Shown piece by piece: positions 44,601-56,628 of a stretch of 64,000 nt of DNA (position 1 is the stretch's first letter; every line of letters begins with the position of its first letter). Below the pieces are notes generated by a model that saw only the letters and a list, made by a program, of their open reading frames with translations, ran no database searches and was not told the origin of the DNA. Both the position numbers and the translations under genes were made by a program. The stretch comes from Eledone cirrhosa (taxonomy: Eukaryota), in assembly GCA_964016885.1 (NCBI GenBank), contig OZ024762.1, positions 25,420,001-25,484,000 on the forward strand, given 5' to 3'.

Positions 44601-45430
44601 GTTGTTGGTGTTGTTGTTGGTGTTGTTGGTGGTTGTATTGTTGTTGCTGTTGGTGTTGTTGTTGGTGTTGTTGGTGGTTGTATTGTTGTTGTTGTTGGTG
44701 TTGTTGGTGTTGTTGGTGGTTGTATTGTTGTTGCTGTTGGTGTTGTTGTTGTTGTTGTTGGTGGTTGTATTGTTGTTGTTGTTGTTGTTGGTGTTGTTGG
44801 TGGTTGTATTGTTGTTGTCGGTGTTGTTGTTGGTGTTGTTGTTGGTGTTGTTGCTGTTGGTGTTGTTGTTGGTGTTGTTGGTGGTTGTATTGTTGTTGTT
44901 GTTGCTGTTGTTGTTGGTGTTGTTGGTGGTTGTATTGTTGTTGTTGTTGGTGTTGTTGTTGGTGTTGTTGGTGGTTGTATTGTTGTTGCTGTTGGTGTTG
45001 TTGTTGGTGTTGTTGGTGGTTGTATTGTTGTTGTTGTTGTTGTTGTTGGTGTTGTTGGTGGTTGTATTGTTGTTGTTGGTGTTGTTGTTGGTGTTGTTGT
45101 TGGTGTTGTTGCTGTTGGTGTTGTTGTTGGTGTTGTTGGTGGTTGTATTGTTGTTGTTGTTGCTGTTGTTGTTGGTGTTGTTGGTGGTTGTATTGTTGTT
45201 GTTGTTGGTGTTGTTGTTGGTGTTGTTGGTGGTTGTATTGTTGTTGTTGTTGGTGTTGTTGGTGGTTGTATTGTTGTTGGTGGTTGTTGTTGGTGTTGTT
45301 GGTGGTTGTATTGTTGTTGCTGTTGGTGTTGTTGTTGGTGTTGTTGGTGGTTGTATTGTTGTTGTTGTTGGTGTTGTTGGTGGTTGTTGTTGTTGTTGGT
45401 GGTGTTGTTGTTGGTGTTGTTGGTGGTTGT

Positions 45431-45461
<31 letters not shown>

Positions 45462-45532
45462 GTGGTGGTTGTATTGTTGGTGGTTGTATTGTTGTTGCTG
45501 TTGGTGTTGTTGTTGGTGTTGTTGGTGGTTGT

Positions 45533-45563
<31 letters not shown>

Positions 45564-45634
45564 GTGGTGGTTGTATTGTTGGTGGTTGTATTGTTGTTGC
45601 TGTTGGTGTTGTTGTTGGTGTTGTTGGTGGTTGT

Positions 45635-45665
<31 letters not shown>

Positions 45666-48600
45666 GTGGTGGTTGTATTGTTGGTGGTTGTATTGTTGTT
45701 GCTGTTGGTGTTGTTGTTGGTGTCGTTGGTGGTTGTATTTTTGTTGTTGTTGCTGTTGGTGTTGTTGTTGGTGGTTGTATTGTTGTTGTTGTTGTTGGTG
45801 GTGGTGTTGTTGTTGGTGTTGTTGGTGGTGTTGTTGTTGGTGTTGTTGGTGGTGTTGTTGTTGGTGTTGTTGGTGGTGTTGTTGTTGGTGTTGTTGGTGG
45901 TGTTGTTGTTGGTGTTGTTGGTGGTGTTGTTGTTGGTGTTGTTGGTGGTGTTGTTGTTGGTGTTGTTGGTGGTTGTATTGTTGTTGTTGTTGTTGTTGGT
46001 GGTGGTGTTGTTGGTGGTTGTATTGTTGGTGTTGTTGTTGGTTGTATTGTTGTTGCTGTGCGTGTTGTTGTTGGTGGTGGTGTTGTTGGTGATTGCATTG
46101 TTGTTGCTGTTGGTGTTGTTGTTGGAGTTGGTGGTGTTGTTGGTGGTGTTGTTGTTGGTGTTGTTGGTGTTGTTGTTGGTGTTGTTGTTGGTTGTATTGT
46201 TGTTGTTTTTGGTGGTTGTATTGTTGTTGCTGTTGGTGTTGTTGGTGTTGTTGTTGGTGTTGTTGTTGGTTGTATTGTTGTTGTTGTTGGTGGTTGTATT
46301 GTTGTTGCTGTTGTTGTTGTTGTTGGTGTTGTTGGTGGTTGTATTGTTGTTGCTGTTGTTGTTGTTGTTGGTGTTGTTGGTGGTTGTATTGTTGTTGTTG
46401 TTGGTGTTGTTCTTGGTGTTTTTGGTGGTTGTATTGTTGTTGTTGTTGGTGTTGTTGGTGGTGTTGTTGGTGGTGTTGTTGGTGGTGGTGTTGGTGGTTG
46501 TGTTGTTGTTGTTGTTGGTGGTGGTGTTGTTGGTGGTTGTATTGTTGTTGTTGTTGGTGTTGTTGGTGGTGTTGTTGGTGGTTGTATTGTTGTTGTTGTT
46601 GGTGTTGTTGGTGGTTGTATTGTTTTTGTTGGTGGTGTTGTTCGTGGTTGTATTGTTGTTGTTGTTGGTGTTGTTGTTGGTGGTTGTATCGTTTTTGTTG
46701 TTGGTGTTGTTGGTGGTGTTGTTGTTGATGTTGTTGGTGGTGGTGTTGTTGGTGGTGGTTGTATTGTTGGTGTTGTTGGTGGTTGTATTGTTGTTGTTGT
46801 TGGTGTTGTTGTTGGTGGTGTTGTTGGTGGTTGTATTGTTGTTGTTGTTGGTGGTTGTATTGTTTTTGTTGGTGGTGTTGTTGGTGTTGTTGTTGGTGGT
46901 TGTATTGTTTTTGTTGGTGTTGTTGGTGGTTGTATTGTTGTTGTTGTTGGTGTTGTTGGTGGTGTTGTTGCTGTTGTTGGTGTTGTTGGTGGTTGCATCG
47001 TTGTTGTTGGTGTTGTTGGTGGTTGTATTGTTGTTCCTGTTGGTGTTTTTGTTGGTGTGGTTGGTGGTTGTATTGTTGCTGTTGTTGGTGTTGTTGGTGG
47101 TGTTGTTGCTGTTGTTGGTGTTGTTGGTGGTTGCATCGTTGTTGTTGGTGTTGTTGGTGGTTGTATTGTTGTTGTTGGTGTTGTTGGTGGTTGTATTGTT
47201 GTTGTTGTTGGTTGTATTGTTGTTGTTGTTGGTGTTGTTGGTGGTTGTATTGTTGTTGTTGTTGGTGATGTTGTTGTTGTTGTTGGTGTTGGTGTTGTTG
47301 GTGGTTGTATTGTTGTTGTTGTTGGTGTTGTTGGTGGTGTTGTTGTTGGTGGTTGTATTGTTCTTGTTGTTGGTGTTGTTGGTGGTGTTGTTGCTGTTGT
47401 TGGTGTTGTTGGTGGTTGTATTGTTGTTGTTGGTGTTGTTGGTGGTTGTATTGTTGTTGTTTGTGTTGTTGGTGGTTGTATTGTTGTTGTTGGTGGTGTC
47501 GTTGGTGGTTGTATTGTTGTTGTTGTTGGTACTGTTGTTGGTGTTGTTGGTGGTTGCATTGTTGTTGTTGTTGGTGTTGTTGGTGGTTGTATTGTTGTTG
47601 TTGGTGTTGTTGGTGGTTGTGTTGTTGTTGTTAGTGGTGTTGTTGTTGGTGTTGTTGTTGGTGGTGTTGTTGTTGGTGTTGTTGTTGGTGTTGTTGGTGG
47701 TTATATTGTTGTTATTGGTGTTGTTGGTGGTTGTATTGTTGTTGTTGTTGGTGTTGTTGTTGGTGTTGGTGGTTATATTGTTGTTGTTGGTGTTGTTGGT
47801 GGTTGTGTTGTTGTTGTTGGTGGTGTTGTTGTTGGTGGTGTTTTTGTTGGTGTGGTTGGTGTTGTTGGTGGTTGTATTGTTGTTGTTGTTGTTGTTGGTG
47901 GTGGTTGTGTTGTTGTTGTTGGTGTTGTTGGTGGTTGTATTGTTGTTGTTGGTGATGTTGGTGGTTGTAATGTTTTTGTTGTTGGTGTTGTTGTTGGTGT
48001 TGTTGGTGGTTGTATTGTTGTTGTTGGGGTTGTTGGTGGTTGTGTTGTTGTTGTTGGTGTTGTTGTTGGTGGTTGTATTGTTGTTGTTGGTGTTGTTGGT
48101 GGTTGTATTGTTGTTGTTGTTGGTGGTTGTATTGCTGTTGTTGTTGTTGGTGGTTGTATTGTTGTTGTTGTTGTTGGTGGTGGTTGTATTGTTGGTGTTG
48201 TTGGTGGTTGTATTGTTGTTGTTGGTGTTGTTGGTGGTTGTATTGTTGTTGGTGTTGGTTGTATTGTTGTTGTTGGTGGTTGTATTGTTGTTGTTGTTGG
48301 TTGTATTGTTGTTGTTGTTGATGGTGGTGGTGATTGCATTGTTGTTGGTGTTGGTGGTTATATTGTTGTTGTTTTTGGTGGTGTTGCTGGTGTTGTTTTT
48401 GTTGGTGTTGTTGTTGTTGGTGGTTGTATTGTTGTCGGTGTTGTTGGTGGTTTTATTGTTGCTGTTGGTGGTTTTATTGTTGCTGTTGGTGGGGGTGTTG
48501 TTATTGGGTGTTCTATTGTTGTTGTTGGTGTTGTTTGTATTGTTGGGGAAGAAGAAGATGAAGAAGCAACAGAAGAAGTAGGAACATAAGAAGAAGAAAA

Positions 48601-48732
48601 AGAACATAGTCTTTTACTGGCCAAAGCTACACGGAATGGCAGCGTAACGTAAGAGTACGGAAAAGTATGAAAGTAAGAAGACGTGGTAATATGTTCTAAG
48701 GCCAAGGACAATGGCCTGACGAGTTTCATCAT
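33132..48732 (-). CDS. Possible mucin-like Thr/Pro-rich giant exon or pseudo-exon (TTTIQPPTTP repeats)
   Basis: For: a non-repetitive ATG-initiated leader (MMKLVRPLSL...SSVASSSSSSPTIQ) runs in frame into the repeats, and there is an acceptor ccttctacAG at 48754-48755. Against: in-frame TAA at 48358, 47773 and 47701, multiple frameshifts, and no signal peptide. Confidence 0.3.
33143..48545. repeat. 15.4 kb compound (GTT/GGT)n minisatellite with anchor motif GGTGGTTGTATT
   Basis: Direct inspection shows nested duplications of 324 bp, 357 bp and ~4.69 kb. Confidence 0.95.
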
Positions 48733-48939
48733 GTCATCTATTTTCTCTCAAGTCTGTAGAAGGACATTTATTGATTCAGTGAATTATGTGTGGTGAGAAT
48801 GTGTTATATAAGATGATAGTCTCGCCTTCATTATCATCTCTCTCTTCTCTACACCTGATATCTTTTCATTGACCAAACTAGATATTATCAACACGCAATG
48901 ATATCGTTATCGGGACTTACTGAAATCTAGAAACCTAGG

Positions 48940-49068
48940 AGAGTGTGTGTGTATGTGTCTGTGTGTAGTGTGTGAGCGTGTCTGTGCATATGTATTGTAT
49001 ATATATATATATTTATATATACATACACAGATATATATACATATATACATATATATATATATACATCT

Positions 49069-49124
<56 letters not shown>

Positions 49125-49149
49125 ATATATGTATGTATATATATATATG

Positions 49150-49181
<32 letters not shown>

Positions 49182-49425
49182 CATATATATATATAAATAT
49201 ATATATATACATATATATATACACATATATAAATACATGTATATGTATGTATAATTATATATGTATATATACGTATATATTCATATATATATATATATAT
49301 GTATGTATAGGTATATATGTAAGTAAATATATGTATGTAAGTGTACGTATATATGTACATATCTATGTATCTATGTATGCATGTATGTATGTACGTACGT
49401 ATGTATATATAAATATATGTATGCT
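48940..49425. repeat. (TA)/(TG) microsatellite
   Basis: Direct inspection. Confidence 0.95.
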
Positions 49426-50126
49426 AATAAGTTCTTGTATAATTAGAGAGGTGGGTGCAGGGACGGGGTTGAGTAAAATTGAGAAATGTTTTGTCCGTTC
49501 TCAAGGGACATAAACGAAATGAAATAACTAATTGTAAAATCGAAAATTCAGTGGTCGATAATCGTGTTCTGATAGTGATGATAGTGGTGGTGCTGGTGAT
49601 AGTGGTTGTGGTGGCGGTGGTAGCGGTGGTGGTGGCAGTTGTGTCATCAATGTTGCTCTTGTTTCCATTTAGCTCCAGGTCAACGATGATCTAGTAGACC
49701 TATGATCAATTGAATCGTTCCTAGAGCCGCCCTTTCCCTCGCCAGTCCCTCATCAACCCTGCAGTGAATCTACATCAGAGATACGTTTGCACGAAATTTA
49801 ACTCTCGGCCGACGATAAACATCTCATCTCACTTCTGGCTTGAGTCTCTTATTTAAATATTATTAACTTTCTTTACATAGATTATATAAACATATCAAAA
49901 TGAAGTAACGGAGTCAAAAACTCGCGTTAGTCCCTCTAATTCATGAGCTCAAAGGAAAAAGAATCTGGCGAAACATTCTCTGAGTTTGTACGTGTGTAAT
50001 ATATAGGTCTTTCTTAGTTCATAAGATCCTTCCGCTAGTGGAATTCCATGTAAATTGATAAACACACACACTCTCGTGTGTTTTCTTCTCTCTCTCTCTC
50101 TCGCTCATTCTCTCTATTTCTATAAC

Positions 50127-50160
<34 letters not shown>

Positions 50161-50163
50161 AAG

Positions 50164-50212
<49 letters not shown>

Positions 50213-50214
50213 CA

Positions 50215-50335
50215 ATCGGGGTAACCACAGTAAGTAAGGTACTCAAAACATAGCAGAGTATACATATTTAATATAGAAAATGCTTCTACAGGACTAGCAT
50301 TTTTTTCTTTCGGGAGAAATCATCAGGAAGCCGAC
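50215..50335 (-). ncRNA. Family D pseudo-LTR with hammerhead at 50282-50331 (stem III decayed)
   Basis: GCTTC-CTGATGA-TTTCTCCCGAAA-GAAA-...CTG-TA-GAAGC. Stem I covaries relative to the 12849 copy. Confidence 0.65.
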
Positions 50336-50674
50336 TGTCCAAGTAATATATATATATATCAAGGGCGGTGCCACAGCATGGCCTCAGCCGGAGGGCTGGA
50401 ACAGGCAAAAGAGTATATATATATATATAACCTGATTGCATTTTCGTTGTTGTGGTGTCTTCTGTGGCGTTGTCTCCTTAACCACAGTTTTCAATTTGTC
50501 ATGTCATTTAACGTATGTTTATTACTCGATGGTGTAACCTATCGATTTATCGATACATTCTTATTAAGTGCTCCGTGCAAACTCCGAATATGTTCTTTCG
50601 CGGATGTTGGCCGACTACCACAGCTTCGATTTTACTAACCTTCTAATCGTATATATATTTATATGTATATACGA

Positions 50675-51450
50675 TTAGGCAGATCTCACACAATGCAGCC
50701 TCGACAAAAGAATACTGCTCGACTATGGCAGACAATTGATATACTCAGGACACCATAGTGAAATACCAATATATGGAACATTACATTTATGTAACTTTCT
50801 TTCCTTATTTTAATTTATATTCCTTTTGAAGTTCCGATGAGCTGCTCTATCTTTACCTATGTTAATTATTTTCATCTGAACCATATCAATAATGATATAT
50901 AATCATTTGATCCCGAAATATTATATGGAGTAGCGAAACAATTGTAAACGGACATTATTATTATTAATATAGGGCGGTGGATTGGCAGTATCAGTAGAGG
51001 GTCGGACGCCATGCTTTCCAGCATAGTTACGTCCCTTTACGATCTGAATTCAAATCCCGCCGAGGTAGACTTTGCCTTTCATCCTTACGGGGTCGATAAA
51101 ATAAAGTACCAGTAATGCACTGGGTAATTGCTGGTCTTGTGCCTAACGTAGAAACAATTATTATTAATATTATTATTATTATTATTCTCTACATTCCTTA
51201 CATCAAACTAAAATATGTTGACAATCTTTTAATAATGTCTTCCTTGTGAAATTTGTGGTCTTGTTTTGCTTAACTAATGGATATTTCCAGCTCTGCGCGC
51301 CTAACTTCTGCATGAACCCAGCCACCTAGCTGCATATCTACTGCACATGCCTTTACGATTTGGGTTCTAACTAATTCACCAATCTCTCCTCTCCTATCTC
51401 CTCTCCCATCTCCATCTCTCTCTTTAAGATTGGTTACTCTTGAACTGTGT
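50675..51450 (+). mobile_element. Repeat family C copy interrupted by a SINE
   Basis: Collinear with 12135-12515 and, inverted, with 11765-11930. Confidence 0.75.
50971..51156 (+). mobile_element. tRNA-derived SINE family 1 with 14-bp TSD
   Basis: TSD attattattaatat at 50957-50970 and 51157-51170. The empty site is seen in the paralogue at ~12400. Confidence 0.92.
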
Positions 51451-51831
51451 ATATATATATATATATATATATATGGCATAACAAGTTATCGTTATAGGTA
51501 ATCCGATTAGAGGTTGCGAGTACTCTGCGTCGTGGATAGTTTTAACATACGGCTTTGTTTGACTCAACAAGATTCTTCCATAGTTATGCAGCGAGTTCGC
51601 GGTAATTTCTATGGAGGTTAAACTTGGAGTAATAATAGTTAAAGAATGAAAAGTAACATGGTTGGCTTTATTTAAAGTACTGACAATTGTTTCGTTGATC
51701 ACGTGAGTCTAGAGTTCGCTAATCACCTGAGGTTTCGTCATTCGGTCTCCAATACATTATTTACCTCTGGTCAACACATCAGAGTACGTAGATATGAAAG
51801 TAATTCACTCGAGGCAAGACTTATATATATA

Positions 51832-51866
<35 letters not shown>

Positions 51867-51899
51867 CAGAGAGAGAGAGAGAGATAAGTTATTCCGGGT

Positions 51900-52057
51900 T
51901 GAATCGGAGGTAACCACAGTAAGTAAGGTACTAAATACATAGCATAGTATAAACGTTTTAAAAGAGAAGAGCTTCTACAGGACTAGAACTGTTTCATTCG
52001 TGAGAAATCTGATTTCTCACGAATGAAACAGTTTTAGTCATGTAGAAGCTCTTCTAT
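51900..52057. mobile_element. Family D fold-back with its axis inside the hammerhead core
   Basis: ...gtttcattcgtgagaaatc-t-gatttctcacgaatgaaac...; axis at 52010. Confidence 0.8.
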
Positions 52058-52129
52058 ATATATATATTAGGTAATGAGGAAGGAAAAGCGAAGGAGAAAA
52101 GAGTGCTCTACGTATAGAACATAGCTATT

Positions 52130-52270
52130 TAATTAGAAATTGACCCACACAAAATATAACTTCTCCATTACCAAAGGTTTCTGGATCACAGATGTATATT
52201 ATTATCGTCTGTGATCAAGAAACCTTTGGTAATGGAGTAGTTATATTTTGTGTGGTTTAATTTCTAATTA
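52130..52270. repeat. 140 bp fold-back with a minimal hammerhead-like motif on each arm
   Basis: CTGTGA-TC(A/C)A-GAAA-CC TTT GG-TA-ATGG on both strands. Confidence 0.75.
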
Positions 52271-52958
52271 TATATATATATTCAGCAAGAATCGCATTTC
52301 GGCGGGTAGAAAAAGCGAAACGAAACGCAAATCAGAGTTACGCTGGCAAGCGCTCCATAGTTAAATAAACAGAGCTAAACAATATGTTAAAACGCCATAC
52401 AAACTGAAAAAGTGGTCAAGAAGGCATTAACCACCTAAGCCAAAAAACAAATCAAGCTAAACAGGTCAAACAAAATAAATGATAAAAACAGACCTGGACC
52501 CATTGGAATTGATGCTAAAATTCAAATGCTAGGTTTCTATGACACCCAAATCAATAATACTGTCTGCTTAAAACTATAAGCTTTTAGCATAATGATCGAA
52601 CAAGGAATATCACGTTATCAACAGGTATTTTGCTCTGTACCAACTTTGTGAATGACGTAGAGCCTTGTAAAAGCACATGTGTAACTCACAAGGGGAAAAC
52701 ACCCAGATTTTGGCAAATGAATTCAGTATGTGTAAATCATGCAAACATTGCATAAATAGCACAAATCGAATAAGCACTCAACCAGGTAGTTTTTAAAATA
52801 AACTTATTCAATTAATCGATCAATAGAATTATTAACAGGTTAATTGTTAGACTCGGGAGATTAATACAAATTACTGAGTAAAATGACAGGTGAAATTCCT
52901 TCAAAGTTTTATTGCTGCAAACACTACATAAATTTCAGTGGCTAGTTTACGAAGCAGT

Positions 52959-53555
52959 ACTGATGAGTTTTTTCCCATATTGGAGTTCTCTCTTGGAAAT
53001 TGGCGAGAACTGCAACGTTGGAAAAACTCATCAGTTCTCTACCAACATGTCAAAATAGAACATAGGGGCACACTAGAGAACATAGAGATAAACATTATAT
53101 CCACACACAGAAAAGACGCAATGCATCGTCAGATTACAGAAGCGACAAACATAAACGAACTCCAACTAGAATTAAACAGAATCATGAGTGGAATAGCAAC
53201 AATATCACAACTAGTAATTAAGGACAATATGAAGACATACAGAGACACACAAAAACCAAACTAATAAAACAAATCAGACAGACACAGATAGAACAAACAA
53301 CCAACTAGTGACAAGTAAATAAACACATAAATAAATAAACACACACACACCCAGGTGTAACGCATGCACAAACAAGTACACAGCACATAAAAACAAGATG
53401 GTGTAGGACAGAACAAAGGAGAGACACAAAATAAGAAACCAGTCATTGAGGAGGTCAAAATATTTGTGATGAAAGAGCTTTCACAATATATATACAACCA
53501 TGCGATTATTGAACTAAACAACCGGAAATTTATAATAAATTGAAGTGAAAACCAT
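52959..53555 (+). mobile_element. PLE GIY-YIG C-terminal relic plus 3' region
   Basis: SSVLYQHVKIEHRG...IISTHRKDAMHRQITEATNI.....LNR, then a frameshifted HEW, resembles PLE endonuclease C-termini. A hairpin at 52959-53035 marks the 5' junction. Confidence 0.6.
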
Positions 53556-53858
53556 AATAAAAAGGATGATATGTTATGTCTTCATTGCGTTTGTTGAGTA
53601 GTGACGCGTGTTTCACCCTTGATCAGCTCAAGGTATCGAAATAGATCGTCTCTGGAATCAAAAGCTCATCGGACCTCTGTTGCGTCTTTATTGTTATAAT
53701 ATATATATATATATCCAGGGAGTGTAACTCGGAGTTACTGTAGGTTCACCCGGGCTAGATCGATACAGATCGAACCTTGAACTGATCAATAGCGAAACGC
53801 GCGTCACCAGCTAATAACCGTAATGAAGGAGTAACCATTCATCCTTGTTTTATTATAT
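53555..53858. mobile_element. Diverged inverted pair of pseudo-LTR-like repeats with hammerhead-like cores
   Basis: CTGATCA-AGGGT-GAAA-CACGCG-TC (-, ~53603-53626) and CTGATCA-ATAGC-GAAA-CGCGCG-TC (+, 53782-53805). Confidence 0.55.
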
Positions 53859-53877
53859 ATATATATTTATATATATT

Positions 53878-53936
<59 letters not shown>

Positions 53937-54399
53937 GAACCACATCCACTGACAGTAACAATATTCCGCGACGAACTCAACCACTACCATGGACAACACT
54001 AAGCCCCACTAAGCCCACAAACATTACCAACACCAACAACAACACCAACAACAAAAGCACATAATCACATCATATTGTACAATCAAATACATTGTATATT
54101 TGGCAGGTTTTCAACATTTTAACAAGACGAAATTGCTAGCACTGCCATTTTACATTATTAGCAATAACATTGATACGTTAACAACTACTACTACAACAGC
54201 AACAACAAAAATGTCTGCACCTTTACATACTGAATTGTTGTTTTTGTGGTCATGCACGTGGTTATTGTTGTTGTTTAGGCCCAGATCGGTTTTATCCGGT
54301 CGAACAATGATAAATTGTGTTACTTTCGTCAACTTTACGAAATGTTTAGAATTGTGCTGAGCTCTGTTGTCAAATGTAATTTATATATATTTATGACTG

Positions 54400-54985
54400 C
54401 GTTGGGTTGAGGGATTGGGTTTGGGTTAGACTTTGAGTGAGTGCAAGGATAAGGTTTAGATAGAGGGGTAGGGTTAAGCTTTGAGTGAGCGGTAGGATTA
54501 GGGTTAGAAGGAGCGCTAGAGTTAGAGTTAGGCTTTGAGTGAGCGTTAGGATTAGGGTTAGAGGGAGGGCTAGAGTTAGTGTTTGAGTGAGCGTTAGTAT
54601 TAGGGTTAGAGGGTGGGTTAGAGTTAGACTTTGAGCAAGCGTTACTATTAGGATTAAATAGAGGGGTAGGGTTGGGGTGAGGGTTAGGGTTAGGATTTGA
54701 GTGAGCGCTAGGATTAAAGTTCAAGGGGATTAGGGTTAGATAGAGGGCTAGGATTATGGTTAGAGCGACGGTTTGGGTTAGATTGAGGGTTAGCGTAGAG
54801 GTTAAGCTTTGGGTGAGCGTTAGGATTAGGGTTAGAGGGAGGGGTAAGATTAGATCCAGGGTTAAGTTTAGTGCATGAGTGAGCGTTAGGATTACGCGAG
54901 AAGGGATGGTGTTAAGATTAGATTGAGGGTGAAGGTGAAGGTTAGGGTAAAGGTTAGGTTTAGAGTGAAGTTTAGGGCTCAGGTT
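54400..54985 (+). repeat. Degenerate TTAGGG-like interstitial array with ~48 bp superunit
   Basis: Recurrent tttgagtgagcgttaggattagggttagaggg. Confidence 0.85.
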
Positions 54986-55140
54986 ATGCTGGGGGGTGGG
55001 GAGAAGAAGGTGTAGCTACTAATTTTATCAGATTCATCATTGATGATATGTTTGGTGAAGTGTCCGAGCATATTAAAGGAAAAGAAGAAGAAAACAATTG
55101 ATTGACTGAATGTATGGTGTCGCCGTTGTGACATTATACA

Positions 55141-55203
55141 TAGAGAGAGAGAGATGGAGAGACAGATAGAGACAGAGAAAGGGAGAAACAGAGAGAAAGA
55201 GAT

Positions 55204-55263
<60 letters not shown>

Positions 55264-55349
55264 GAGAGAGAGTGAGAGAGAGAAATGGTGAAACAGATAG
55301 AGACAGAGAAAGGGAGAGACCGAGAGAAAGAGATAGACAGAGATAAAGA

Positions 55350-55405
<56 letters not shown>

Positions 55406-55727
55406 CAGAGAGAAAAGAGGAGAGAGAGAAATGGAGAAACAGATAGAGACAGAGAAAGGGAGAAACAGAGAGAAAGAGATAGACAGAGAAAGAGAGCGAG
55501 AGGGACATACGGAGAAAGGGAAAGATAGAGAAAGGGAGGGACAAAGAAAGAAAGGAAGAGAGAAAAGGAGAGAGAAGGATAGGGAAAAAGATAGGGACAG
55601 AGAAAGGGAGAGACAAAGAAAAGGAGAGAGAGGGAGATGGTGAAAAAGATAGAGACAGAGAAAAGGAGAAAGAGAGAAAGAAATACAGAGAAGGAGAGAA
55701 AGAGAGACATAGAAAGAGAGAGACATA
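55141..55727. repeat. GA-rich purine tract
   Basis: Direct inspection. Confidence 0.95.
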
Positions 55728-55977
55728 GGAATTTGGAAATATATAATTTTACATTATTTTTACCTATTTATTGTGTTCCATATCTGATAATCTAAATATG
55801 TTTGGAGATGAACAACACACTCTGGATAGAAACAAAGCTGAGAATTGATAATTATTGTTTATATATATATGTTTCTATGTCTTTTTTTCTTGATGTCAGC
55901 CCTTGTGGCCAATAAAGTAATCATTATTATTATTATTATTATTGTTATTATTATTGTTATTATTATTGTTAGAAATT

Positions 55978-56166
55978 AATTGTTTCTACTTTAGGCACAA
56001 GGCCAGCAATCCCCCAGTACATTATTGGTACTTTATTTTATCGACCCCGTAAGGATGAAAGGCAAAGTTAACCTCGGCGGGATTTGAACTCAGACTGTAA
56101 AGGGACGTAACTATGCTATAAAGCATGGCATCCAACCCTCTACCGATACTGCCAATTCACCGCCCT
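55978..56166 (-). mobile_element. SINE family 1
   Basis: Reverse complement of the 50971-51156 sequence. Confidence 0.88.
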
Positions 56167-56366
56167 CTTTTATTATAGTTACAAATTAATATTCATTAAA
56201 CAGTTGATCTTTTCAAACTAAATTTATTGCCGAAAAATATGAAAGAAATTCAAAAATTTGTATATATAAATATAAATGCATACACTAAACACAGACACAC
56301 AACCACACACACACTCACACTCACACTCTCACTCTCACACACACACACATACACATACAGACACAG

Positions 56367-56458
<92 letters not shown>

Positions 56459-56628
56459 ATGTTTCTACTTTTGGTACAAGGCCAGCAATTACCCCACTGT
56501 ATTACTGGTACTTTATTTTATCGACCCCATAAGAATGAAAGACAAAGTTAACCTCGGTGCGATTTGAACTCAGATCATAAAGGGCCGTAACTCTTTGCTG
56601 CAAAGCATGGCGTCAGACACTCTACCGA
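56459..56628 (-). mobile_element. SINE family 1, slightly 5'-truncated
   Basis: Same B box and body as the other copies. Confidence 0.85.

Noticed and set aside
33042-48589. Plus-strand ORFs of 1000-4600 aa (VVGGCI, LLLV, CCWW)
   Set aside because: They are stop-free only because GTT/GGT repeats lack stop codons. They switch between compositions at frameshifts and are implausible proteins.
51725-51790. Minus-strand CTGATGT...GAC-GAAA-CCTCAGG-TG hammerhead-like motif
   Set aside because: Single copy with a core mismatch, G at the cleavage position and a weak stem I; at best a decayed relic.
52959-53035. Pre-miRNA-like hairpin
   Set aside because: It coincides with the 5' junction of a PLE endonuclease relic and is better explained as a fold-back junction.
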